Notes: a model not told the origin generated them from the sequence alone. 64,000 bases of DNA from Patescibacteria group bacterium (GCA_043798935.1 JAZDOC010000022.1:15299-79298), one strand, 5' to 3'; counted from the stretch's first letter, positions 25,524 through 34,975 are shown. Made by a program: numbers and translations.

Positions 25524-27835
25524 TAACAACAATTATTTCTTGTGTATTTTCTTTGATAATTAGTATTATAGTAATTCGTCATAAAAGAAATAATTATTCA
25601 AGTATAATTTTTTTCATATTTTGTTTAGCTTTGTTTTTTTGGTCAATTTCAAATTATGCATCTATTATTGTCATTAGTAAGTTTTATATTTTACTTTGGA
25701 TGCGAATAGTTATGATTTTTGCCGTTATTCAATCTATGTCTTTTTTGCTTTTTATTAACAATTTTCCACATAAACATTTGGTGATAAGAAAAAAATATGT
25801 ATATCTTGCATCAATCATTGCTATATTAAATTTTCTTCTATGTTGTTCACCGTATCTATTTAGAGATGTCCTTATTGAAGACGGATTCAGGTCGCCAGTT
25901 ATTGCACCAGGCATTTTATTGTTCATACTCACCACGGTAGGGTCTATAATATCAGGTTTTATTATTTTATTAAAGCGATTAAAAAAAAGTCGGGGGTTGG
26001 TCAAGCATCAATTATATTATATCTTTCTAGGTTCTTTAATCATGTTTTTTTTAATTATATTATTTAATTTAATTTTTGTTATTATTTTTCATATTTCATT
26101 TTTTGTCGATTGGGGTCCAGTTTTTGTTTTGCCCTTTATTTTTAGCACAACTTACGCTATTATTCGCTATCGTCTAATGGACATTAAGTTAATCATCACC
26201 CGTTCCTTAATATTCTTCTTCCTTACTTTAACCGTAGCCTCTACATTCGTACTAGTTTCTTCTTTAGCCGGAATATTTTTTGCTAATAGCTTTGGGGCTA
26301 ACCAATATGTGATTTGGTTTGTGGCCGCGATAATCATCGTATTGGGCTTAGACCCCATTAAAGACGCTTTGGCCAAAGAAACAGACAAAGTTTTCTTTAA
26401 AGGTAAAGTTAATTATGACGCGGTATTAAAAAATATTACCGAGATTCTTTCCGAAGAAGTGCATGTAAAAGAAATTATTATTAAAACGCAAAATCGTTTA
26501 AAACAAGATTTAAAGATAAAAGACGCTACATTACTTATTTATTTCGGTGATGATTTCTTTTTACAACCCGAAGAAGTACCGACCAAAGCAGAAATACTTT
26601 CACGAGAAACACCACATTATAATGAAGAAGCACAGACTCAAGAAGCAGTGCAGGCGAGTGATGATTCGAGTGTTAACAATGCGATTGTTGCTCATAATAA
26701 AAAAGCCACTCAATGCATGCCGGCACTAGCCAAGCATTTTACAAAAGACGCATTTATTATTGTGGCCGACGAGTTGGAGCGCAAAATTTCCGATTGCGAT
26801 GATCCGGAAAAAGCGGCTGAAATGCAGGCAATTTACAACGAAATTCAGCAAATGAACGCATCCATGGTAGTTCCGATTTATCGCAACAAAGAGTTGTCTA
26901 GCATTTTATTTTTAGGACAAAAAACCAGTGGCGATGTATTTAATAACGAAGACATCCAAATGCTTGAAGTGCTGGCACCGCAGTTATCAGCCGCTTTGTT
27001 TAAAGCCACGTTATTCCAAGAAGCTAAATTATTCAATATCAAACTTAAACAAGAAGTGGAACATGCCACTCACGAACTTAAGCATGCCAACGAACATCTG
27101 CAGGAGCTTGATGACGCTAAATCCGAATTCATGTCTATTGCTTCGCATCAACTGCGCACGCCACTATCCGGCATTATGGGCTATCTGTCCATGATCCTAG
27201 ACGGCGATTATGGCAATCTTTCTGAAGAGCAAACACCCATTATGAAAGAAGTATTTTCGGCCAGCCAGCGCTTAATCCGCTTGGTAAACTTATTTTTAAA
27301 CGTCACGCGTATTGAAGCCGGGCGCTTGAAATTTAATTTTACCGAGATCGACATGCCTAAAATTTTAGGCGAACTTGTTCATGAATTAAAGCCGGCCGCG
27401 GATAAAAAAGGCTTAAAACTTATCATGGCTAAAACCAAAGATAAAATTCCACCCATTACTGTGGATGCGGATAAAATTCAAGATATCGTTTTAAATTTGA
27501 TCGATAACGCTACTAAATACACTCAAAAAGGAAAGATTACTGTGGATGTTAAGTTGCAGAATAAAAAGCACATTTTAATTACTGTAACCGATACCGGCAT
27601 GGGTATTGACCCTGAAGAAGTGCCAAAACTATTTAATAAATTCGTGCGTGGCGATGGCATGGTCCAAGTAAATCCAAATGGCGCCGGCTTAGGCTTATTC
27701 ATTGCCAAGAAAATCACCGAAGGCCACCATGGCGACATCTGGGCCGAATCTCCGGGCGTGGGCAAAGGTACTACTTTCAATGTACTGCTTCCAATTAAAC
27801 AGCCCAAGGTTGTTGAAGAAGCGGAAAAGAAATAA
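25514..27835 (+). CDS. Sensor histidine kinase: N-terminal multi-TM (HisKA_7TM-like) sensor, GAF-like domain, HisKA, HATPase
   Basis: About 9 hydrophobic helices, YAIIRYRLMDI, KTSGDVFNNEDIQML, EFMSIASHQLRTPL (H box), NLIDNATKY, DTGMGI, GAGLGL. Confidence 0.92.
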   Translation: MLLITTIISCVFSLIISIIVIRHKRNNYSSIIFFIFCLALFFWSISNYASIIVISKFYILLWMRIVMIFAVIQSMSFLLFINNFPHKHLVIRKKYVYLASIIAILNFLLCCSPYLFRDVLIEDGFRSPVIAPGILLFILTTVGSIISGFIILLKRLKKSRGLVKHQLYYIFLGSLIMFFLIILFNLIFVIIFHISFFVDWGPVFVLPFIFSTTYAIIRYRLMDIKLIITRSLIFFFLTLTVASTFVLVSSLAGIFFANSFGANQYVIWFVAAIIIVLGLDPIKDALAKETDKVFFKGKVNYDAVLKNITEILSEEVHVKEIIIKTQNRLKQDLKIKDATLLIYFGDDFFLQPEEVPTKAEILSRETPHYNEEAQTQEAVQASDDSSVNNAIVAHNKKATQCMPALAKHFTKDAFIIVADELERKISDCDDPEKAAEMQAIYNEIQQMNASMVVPIYRNKELSSILFLGQKTSGDVFNNEDIQMLEVLAPQLSAALFKATLFQEAKLFNIKLKQEVEHATHELKHANEHLQELDDAKSEFMSIASHQLRTPLSGIMGYLSMILDGDYGNLSEEQTPIMKEVFSASQRLIRLVNLFLNVTRIEAGRLKFNFTEIDMPKILGELVHELKPAADKKGLKLIMAKTKDKIPPITVDADKIQDIVLNLIDNATKYTQKGKITVDVKLQNKKHILITVTDTGMGIDPEEVPKLFNKFVRGDGMVQVNPNGAGLGLFIAKKITEGHHGDIWAESPGVGKGTTFNVLLPIKQPKVVEEAEKK

Positions 27836-27841
27836 CTTTTC

Positions 27842-27927
27842 GCCCACTGGCTAATACAAATATCGCGCCTACTGGCATCCCTCCTACGCTAAAGCTGCAG
27901 AGGGCAAGAAAGCCAGGGGCTTTTTTT
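27842..27927 (-). repeat. Family A partial copy 5 with nested 30-bp palindromic insert; may act as terminator of the kinase
   Basis: gcctactggcat-[ccctcctacgctaaagctgcagagggcaag]-aaagccaggggct followed by T run. Confidence 0.7.
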
Positions 27928-28004
27928 GATGTTTATTTAGTTCTTTTATGGTTTGTATTTTTATGCTAAAATGATAAAAGTTAATCATTATTTATTCATT
28001 TTTT

Positions 28005-29135
28005 ATGAAAACCTTGAAAGACCTAAATGTAAACGGTCAGAAAGTACTATTGCGGGTAGATTTTAATGTTCCATTAACCGATAACATGCAAGTAAAAGAT
28101 AACACGCGCATTAAAGAGGCTGTGCCTACTATAAAATATTTACTTGAGCAAGGCGGTGCTAAACAAGTAATATGCTTAGCACATTTCGGCCGACCCAAAG
28201 GAAAAATTGTAGAAGAAATGCGTTTGGCGCCAGTAGTTTCGGAATTAGAAACTATTTTAGGCATGCCGGTCGGTTACAGTCGCGATTTAACCGTCCCAGA
28301 AGGAAAAGTTGTTCTATTAGAAAATATTCGTTTCTATGCCGGTGAAGAAATAAACGACCCGGAATTTTCAAAGCAGTTGGCATCTTTAGCTGATTGTTAT
28401 GTAAACGACGCTTTTGGTACAGCGCATCGCGCCCATGGTTCAACGGCCGGCGTGGCTGAATTGCTACCACATGCGGCCGGGTTATTAATGCAAAAAGAAG
28501 TGGAGAACTTAGAAAAAGTTTTGCATAATCCCGAGCACCCGGTAGTGGCTATTATAGGTGGCGCCAAAATTTCCACTAAAATTTCTCTTATTAAAAATCT
28601 GCTTCCCAAAGTAGAGTACTTGCTATTGGGTGGAGCGTTAGCTAACACGGTTTTACTTGCTCAACATAAACAAGTAGGTAAGTCGCTGGTGGAAAAAGAT
28701 TTAGCCAATACAATTTCCGACTTAGTTAGCAATAAATTACGTATACCGGTTGATGTAGCGACTGTAAAAGATATTGAAACTAAAAAAGATCTAAAAATTA
28801 AAGCTGTTGGAGCAGTAATAGCCGACGACATTATTTTAGACATTGGCCCAGACACTGTTAATTTATACGAAAAATGTATTCAACAAGCCAAAACCATAAT
28901 TTGGAACGGCCCTATGGGATTATTTGAACAGACAGACTTTGCCAAAGGTACTTATGGCGTGGCTCGGGCCGTGGCCGATTCAGATGGCTATTCAGTAATA
29001 GGTGGCGGTGAAACCGTAGCGGCCGTAAAAAATACCGGGCTTGAAAATAAAATTTCATTTATTTCTACCGGCGGTGGCGCCATGCTAGAATTTTTAGAAG
29101 GAAAAACACTTCCGGGTATAGAAGCTTTAGAATAA
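28005..29135 (+). CDS. pgk: Phosphoglycerate kinase
   Basis: RVDFNVP, HFGRP, LENIRF, NDAFGTAHRAH, GGAK, WNGPMG, STGGGA. Confidence 0.98.
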   Translation: MKTLKDLNVNGQKVLLRVDFNVPLTDNMQVKDNTRIKEAVPTIKYLLEQGGAKQVICLAHFGRPKGKIVEEMRLAPVVSELETILGMPVGYSRDLTVPEGKVVLLENIRFYAGEEINDPEFSKQLASLADCYVNDAFGTAHRAHGSTAGVAELLPHAAGLLMQKEVENLEKVLHNPEHPVVAIIGGAKISTKISLIKNLLPKVEYLLLGGALANTVLLAQHKQVGKSLVEKDLANTISDLVSNKLRIPVDVATVKDIETKKDLKIKAVGAVIADDIILDIGPDTVNLYEKCIQQAKTIIWNGPMGLFEQTDFAKGTYGVARAVADSDGYSVIGGGETVAAVKNTGLENKISFISTGGGAMLEFLEGKTLPGIEALE

Positions 29136-29158
29136 AATAAATAATCAATAAAATAAAT

Positions 29159-30400
29159 ATGAAAATTAAAAAAATTATTGCTCGACAAATATTAGATTCA
29201 CGCGGAAACCCTACTGTTGCTTGTAGCGTGGAATTAATTAATGGTATAAAAGCCGAGGCCATGGTGCCATCGGGTGCTTCAACTGGCGTTCATGAAGCCG
29301 TGGAATTACGCGATGGCAATAAAAAAATTTATAATGGAAAAAGCGTTTTAAAAGCCGTAAATAATGTTAATAAAAAGATCGCGCCAAAATTAATCGGTCA
29401 TGATGTTACTTCACAGCGGGCTATTGATGAAATCATGATTAACTTAGACGGCACTGAAAATAAAAGTAAGCTTGGCGCTAATGCAATTTTAAGCGCGTCT
29501 TTAGCTTGTGCTAAAGCCGGAGCCATGGCCAAAAAATTGCCATTATACAAATATATTAGAAACACTTATAAATTATCTGAAAAAAAATATATTCTTCCAT
29601 ACCCCATGATGAATATTTTAAATGGTGGCAAGCATGCCGATAGCGGTCTGGAAGTGCAGGAATTTATGGTGGTCCCGCAAGCTAAAAATTTTGCTAAACG
29701 CATCCAGCAGGGAGCTGAAATTTTTCACGCTTTAAAAAAAATTTTATCTATGGACAAACAAAGCGTCGGAGTAGGCGATGAAGGAGGCTTTGCCCCAAAA
29801 TTAAATCGCAACGAAGACGCGCTAATTTATATTAAAAAAGCCATCCAACTAGCCGGCTATAAATTAGGTTCAGACATTAAAATTGCACTGGATCCGGCCG
29901 CCTCGGAATTTTATTTGGAAAAAGATAAATATAAATTCGATAAACAAGCAGTATCAGCTGTTAAACTCTTAAAAGAATACGAAAAATGGATAAATAAATA
30001 TTCCATCGTTTCCATTGAAGATGGCTTACAGGAAGATGATTGGGACAACTGGTGGATCATGACCCAGCGCCTGGGTAAAAAGATTTGTCTGGTAGGGGAC
30101 GATTTATTTGTTACCAATATCAAGCGTCTCCAGATGGGCATCGAGCGCAAAGTAGCTAACAGTGTGCTAATCAAAGTAAATCAAATTGGCACGCTTTCCG
30201 AAACCATGGATTGCATTAAACTGGCCAAGAAAAATAATTATAAAGTAATCGTTTCACATCGAAGCGGGGAAACAGAAGATACCACTATTTCCGATTTAGC
30301 CGTGGCCGTAAACGCCAATTACATAAAAACCGGTTCATTATGCCGCAGTGAGCGTATTTGTAAATATAATCGTTTATTAGCTATTAGCAAAGAGCTATAG
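29159..30400 (+). CDS. eno: Enolase
   Basis: DSRGNPT, PSGASTG, GDEGGF, VGDDLFVTN, SHRSGETED. Confidence 0.98.
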   Translation: MKIKKIIARQILDSRGNPTVACSVELINGIKAEAMVPSGASTGVHEAVELRDGNKKIYNGKSVLKAVNNVNKKIAPKLIGHDVTSQRAIDEIMINLDGTENKSKLGANAILSASLACAKAGAMAKKLPLYKYIRNTYKLSEKKYILPYPMMNILNGGKHADSGLEVQEFMVVPQAKNFAKRIQQGAEIFHALKKILSMDKQSVGVGDEGGFAPKLNRNEDALIYIKKAIQLAGYKLGSDIKIALDPAASEFYLEKDKYKFDKQAVSAVKLLKEYEKWINKYSIVSIEDGLQEDDWDNWWIMTQRLGKKICLVGDDLFVTNIKRLQMGIERKVANSVLIKVNQIGTLSETMDCIKLAKKNNYKVIVSHRSGETEDTTISDLAVAVNANYIKTGSLCRSERICKYNRLLAISKEL

Positions 30401-30427
30401 TTTTATATTGAAAACTGATTTATAAAC

Positions 30428-31840
30428 TTAAACAGCTTCTCTGTCAGCATTATTTCCTTCAACTCCATCACTTTCTGTTTGTGCTCCATTCTCTGGAGTT
30501 GTGTTTCCAATTGACGCTCCTAATTTATTGAGCACGTCAATAATATCCAAACCAGATTCACTAATAATACGTTGTGTCTCATGTGACGAAAAAGCCATCG
30601 AAGCTTTGTTATTTCCGATTTCATAAAGTTGTAATGTTCTATCAAGGGGTGAGATTCTGGCATTTATTCTACCTGCATCCAATTGGCCAGCTAGATCGCC
30701 AAGTTCATGGCGGTGAGAAGAATTTAATTCTTCTAAAATAAGTCTATTCATTTCAGTTGGAGAAATGTTTTCACCTTCCGGAACTAAAACTTGTTCTAAA
30801 GTAGGAGATTCTTTACTAGTTTTTTCACCTTCACCTTTACCTTGCCCTTTATTTGCATTGCCATCTTCAGTACCGTCTCCATCATAACTATCATCTTCAT
30901 TAATAACAGTTGGCTTTTTTTCAGGCTCTTCCTTCTTTGTTCCTTCAGAAGCCGGCATGCCTTTTGTCTGACTTGCTTCTTCATCGGGGACCATTAGTTC
31001 TTCTAATTCTTCGGCTGTAAAAGAAGTGCGAGCCATGATCTCACCCTCTTTCATTAAAGGATTTTTTATTTCTTGTCCTGATTCAACACCATCTGATTGC
31101 GCTTGATTGACCAAGCAGTATTCTTTAGAGCCGTCATTATTTGTATAAACTTCAGCAATAAATGCTGGCACCACTTCACCGTTGATGTTCAAATTAATAG
31201 TATCGCCTTCTTGAAATAGCTTTAAATCTTCAGGAACTTCTCTTAGTTTAAGCTCCGGAGTTGCTTTGCTGTCGCTCCAAGGTAGTGTTTCATCTATATG
31301 GGCTATGAATGTTTCCGGAGAAACTGGTTGTTCAAGCATCGGTTCTGCAACTGGTGTTGCGTCGATTCCGGTCCAGGCTGATGTTTCAGTTGGGGTATCT
31401 TCAGCTACCTGGTTATCCTTTGCAATTGTTTCAGCAATATCTTTAGCTAAAACTTTGTTCATTGCCGCTTTGGTTTCATCGTCTGGATTTCGGAATAAAT
31501 TTTTCAAAGCTTGAAAACGTTCTTTAACAGCTATCATGGCACGAGCAATAATACCCAAGTCTTGTTTATCAATCGGGCTTAAGTCGTCTTCGGTAATTTG
31601 TCCGGCACTGAGTTCGACTACATCAGCAGTAGCTACGGCATCAGCGTCCATATCGCCTTCGGTTTCTTCTGCATCAAGCTTGGCCCATGCTTCAACCACT
31701 TTTTGCGCCATTTCCTGGTCATTGGCACCTGGAACTTCTTTTAAATTAATATCTCCTTCTGATGGTATAGATTGCGGTTGATTAGCGACTTGTTCCGGAG
31801 TTTTAGGTGTATGTTCAAAATTTTTTACTGATCCTTCCAT
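30428..31840 (-). CDS. Acidic, largely low-complexity hypothetical protein
   Basis: 470-aa ORF, E/D/P-rich, no signal peptide or TM helix. Confidence 0.7.
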   Translation of the reverse strand: MEGSVKNFEHTPKTPEQVANQPQSIPSEGDINLKEVPGANDQEMAQKVVEAWAKLDAEETEGDMDADAVATADVVELSAGQITEDDLSPIDKQDLGIIARAMIAVKERFQALKNLFRNPDDETKAAMNKVLAKDIAETIAKDNQVAEDTPTETSAWTGIDATPVAEPMLEQPVSPETFIAHIDETLPWSDSKATPELKLREVPEDLKLFQEGDTINLNINGEVVPAFIAEVYTNNDGSKEYCLVNQAQSDGVESGQEIKNPLMKEGEIMARTSFTAEELEELMVPDEEASQTKGMPASEGTKKEEPEKKPTVINEDDSYDGDGTEDGNANKGQGKGEGEKTSKESPTLEQVLVPEGENISPTEMNRLILEELNSSHRHELGDLAGQLDAGRINARISPLDRTLQLYEIGNNKASMAFSSHETQRIISESGLDIIDVLNKLGASIGNTTPENGAQTESDGVEGNNADREAV

Positions 31841-31946
31841 AAATTTATAGTTTATTGTTTAGAATATATATTAATTAACTATTTAATGATATTTACAAAT
31901 TTATCTGTTATTGATTGGCTATTGTCAGGTTAATGATGAATAAAAT

Positions 31947-32159
31947 TTATAGCTTATGAATTTCTTCATGAAGTTTTTCGATTTCGCTTAATTGTTTTTC
32001 ATCTCCGATTCTTTTCATGGCCTTTAACACAACTTGTCGTTGTTTGTGGGAAAGTTTATTAATAATCTGTTTATATTGATGCAATGCTTCAATTGCCAGT
32101 TTAATTCGATCAGCTTCTTTCATTTTAGCGATTTCTTCTATTTGATCTGCTGTTAGCAT
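31947..32159 (-). CDS. Small helical hypothetical protein (paralog of 32664-32867)
   Basis: Ungapped similarity to the 32664-32867 product; upstream TTGACA...TATTCT. Confidence 0.7.
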   Translation of the reverse strand: MLTADQIEEIAKMKEADRIKLAIEALHQYKQIINKLSHKQRQVVLKAMKRIGDEKQLSEIEKLHEEIHKL

Positions 32160-32236
32160 AAAAATAATTTTAACTGTTAAGAATAAGCTATTAAGACGAT
32201 TTTGTCAATACCTAATGTGCTTATTTGAAAAAAATA

Positions 32237-32671
32237 TCAACTATTTTCAGAAGCTTCTGGGTCATCTGAAGTTTTGGCAAATTCAACTGAAATTGGTGAT
32301 TGGCTTGTTGCATCATCACTTTGCATATCGATGTCAGACGTTGTATCAGTTGAGAGCTGGCTTAATGTTGATTGTAAGTTAGCCGTGGCGGCCTTGCTTT
32401 GGTTAATTAGGTTGTTTAAAAGCTGATGATCGCTTTGTTTTAGAATGGCGCCCTGAGCTTGTACTGCCTGTAAATAGCTATTAATATTGTCAGCAAAAAT
32501 ATCGGCCGCTACTTGGGCTTTATCAAGACCTTGGCTAACAGCGTCATCAAGATTTTCGGCTTGTTTTTCTTGAGCCGCTTGTTGTTCTTTTTGTTCGCGC
32601 TCGAATTTTTTTGTACTGCCCGGAGCCGGAAAATTTTCCGGAGTGGGTAAATGATTAGCCATATTAATCAA
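32237..32671 (-). CDS. Hypothetical Q/A/S-rich helical protein with acidic tail (start may be 32662)
   Basis: 144-aa ORF coupled to the upstream small gene. Confidence 0.65.
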   Translation of the reverse strand: MINMANHLPTPENFPAPGSTKKFEREQKEQQAAQEKQAENLDDAVSQGLDKAQVAADIFADNINSYLQAVQAQGAILKQSDHQLLNNLINQSKAATANLQSTLSQLSTDTTSDIDMQSDDATSQSPISVEFAKTSDDPEASENS

Positions 32672-32867
32672 TATTCATTATTTGTTGTTTGATTTGCTCG
32701 ATGTTTTCATCTTCAATATCTTCTAAAGCTTTGGAAAGAAGATTTTTTTCTTCCTTGGTAAGATGTTCCATGATTTGCAAATATTCACCCACGGATTGCT
32801 TGGCTAAATTAATTTTTTCCTGTTCGGAAAGATTGGCAAAATTATTAATTTGATCTTGAGTATTCAT
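32664..32867 (-). CDS. Small helical hypothetical protein (paralog of 31947-32159)
   Basis: Start set at MNTQDQ by alignment to paralog; TAGAAT 7 nt upstream of ATG. Confidence 0.7.
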   Translation of the reverse strand: MNTQDQINNFANLSEQEKINLAKQSVGEYLQIMEHLTKEEKNLLSKALEDIEDENIEQIKQQIMNID

Positions 32868-32941
32868 ATATATTATTCTACCATATTTTTTCATTATAAT
32901 CAAACTTTTTAATAATAATTTATTGTGTTATAATATAAACC

Positions 32942-34975
32942 ATGTTTGATTATATCTTTAAACCAAAGTCAATTGCGCTAATCGGCGCGTCGCGCGATCC
33001 TAATTCTTTAGGTCACGATATTTTGGAAAATGTGAAAAAACTTGGCTTCACTGGAAAAATTTATCCGGTTAATTTAAAAGCCAAGAAAATACTCGGCCTT
33101 ACTTGTTATAAATCCGTGCTCGATATTAAAGATTCTGTGGATCTGGCCATTATTATGGTACCGGCTCAATTTGTTAGTCAGGTAATTAAAGAATGTGGTC
33201 GTAAAAAAGTTCCGGGAGCAGTAATTATTTCGGCCGGTTTCAAGGAAACTGGTGACGCCGGTTTAGTCAGAGAAAAAGAACTGCAATATTTAGCTAGAAA
33301 AAATAATATTAAAATTATTGGTCCTAATTGTCTGGGTATTCTAAATCCACATATTAAATTAAACGCTTCTTTTGCCGAGGGTATGCCCAAAGCCGGAAAT
33401 GTCGGGCTAGTTTCTCAATCCGGTGCCATGGCTGTAGCAATTTTAGACTGGGCATATCAATCGGGCTTGGGTTTTTCAAAAATAATTAGTATTGGCAACA
33501 AGGCTGGTTTAAGCGAAATAGAACTTTTTAAATATCTTTCCAGTGATCTAGAAACAAAAATAATAATGATGTATTTAGAAAGCATTACCGATGGCCGGGA
33601 GTTTATGAAACTGGCTGATAAAGTATCTAATAAAAAACCCATTATTGTTTTAAAAGCCGGTAGCTCTAATGCCGGCAGTAAAGCCATATCATCACATACC
33701 GGGTCCCTCGCCGGATCAGACCAAGCCATTGAAACCGCTTTCTGGCAATCAGGCGTGATTCGCGCGCGCAGTGTGGAAGATTTATTCGATTTTGCTAAAG
33801 CGTTTAGCCAGCTTCCTTTACCACGCGGAAATAAAGTTGCTATTGTCACTAATGCCGGTGGTCCGGGAATTATGGCTACTGATGCAGTTTGTAATACTAA
33901 TTTGGAGTTAGCGAATTTATCGCCCGAAACTAAAAAAATTCTAACAGTAAAATTACCTAAATCTGCGAGCGTCAATAACCCCATAGACATTATCGGTGAT
34001 GCGCTTACTGATAGATACGAAATCGCTCTTACCCAAGTTCTAAAAGATAAAAATGTTGATAGCGTTGTTTTAATCTTAACCCCTCAAACCATGACTCAAG
34101 AAAATGAAACCGCCGAGTTGGTTGTAAGATTAGCAAAAAAAAATTCTAAACCGATTCTACCAGTATTTATGGGCGGGGAAGATGTTAATTCCGGACGCCA
34201 AATTTTAATGAAAAACAATCTACCTAATTTTGATTTTTGTGAACGGGCAATTCGGGCACTGGATAAAATGCTTTTAGCCAAGCGCATTAAAACCGATGTG
34301 GTACTGGCAAAATATAAAACTACTCCAAAAAAAATAAATTTTTCAAAAAATAAAATTCAACTAAAAACCATTGATGCGGAAAAATTAATCAGCTCTTATG
34401 GCTTGCCGGTATTAGAAAGTAAATTAATTAAAGGTGAGTCTGAAATCAATAAAATTCATTGCTGGCCAGTTGCTATAAAAATTGCTTCCCGCGATATTAT
34501 TCATAAAAAAGCTAGCGGCGCTATTAGAATTAATATTAATACACCCGATCAAGCTGAAACTGCCATGCTTGAAGTAATTAATAATGTTAAAGCCATTAAT
34601 AAGCATAATGAAATAGACGGCATTTTAGTTCAACCCATGGCAAGGTCTGGTGCAGTTGAAATAATTATCGGCATGAAGCGGGATGAAAATTTTGGACCCA
34701 TGATCATGTTTGGTTTAGGTGGCTCGTTTGTGGAAGTTTTAAAAGACGTTTCGTTTTCCATTGCACCAATTACTAAAAAACAAGCTCGTGAACAAATTGA
34801 AAAAGTAAAATCATTTTCTATATTAAAAAAATACGACACTAATTTACTGGCCGACATTTTAGTTAAAGTATCGCATTTAGCCATGGACTATCCGGAGATT
34901 AGAGAATTGGATTTAAATCCGGTAATGTTATATAGAAAAGGAGCGAGTATTATTGACGTTCGAATAATGTTATGA
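32942..34975 (+). CDS. Acetate--CoA ligase (ADP-forming), fused alpha/beta
   Basis: PKSIALIGAS, SAGFKE, GPNCLG, SQSGA, SHTGSLAG, TNAGGPG, C-terminal ATP-grasp with ELDLNP. Confidence 0.92.
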   Translation: MFDYIFKPKSIALIGASRDPNSLGHDILENVKKLGFTGKIYPVNLKAKKILGLTCYKSVLDIKDSVDLAIIMVPAQFVSQVIKECGRKKVPGAVIISAGFKETGDAGLVREKELQYLARKNNIKIIGPNCLGILNPHIKLNASFAEGMPKAGNVGLVSQSGAMAVAILDWAYQSGLGFSKIISIGNKAGLSEIELFKYLSSDLETKIIMMYLESITDGREFMKLADKVSNKKPIIVLKAGSSNAGSKAISSHTGSLAGSDQAIETAFWQSGVIRARSVEDLFDFAKAFSQLPLPRGNKVAIVTNAGGPGIMATDAVCNTNLELANLSPETKKILTVKLPKSASVNNPIDIIGDALTDRYEIALTQVLKDKNVDSVVLILTPQTMTQENETAELVVRLAKKNSKPILPVFMGGEDVNSGRQILMKNNLPNFDFCERAIRALDKMLLAKRIKTDVVLAKYKTTPKKINFSKNKIQLKTIDAEKLISSYGLPVLESKLIKGESEINKIHCWPVAIKIASRDIIHKKASGAIRININTPDQAETAMLEVINNVKAINKHNEIDGILVQPMARSGAVEIIIGMKRDENFGPMIMFGLGGSFVEVLKDVSFSIAPITKKQAREQIEKVKSFSILKKYDTNLLADILVKVSHLAMDYPEIRELDLNPVMLYRKGASIIDVRIML

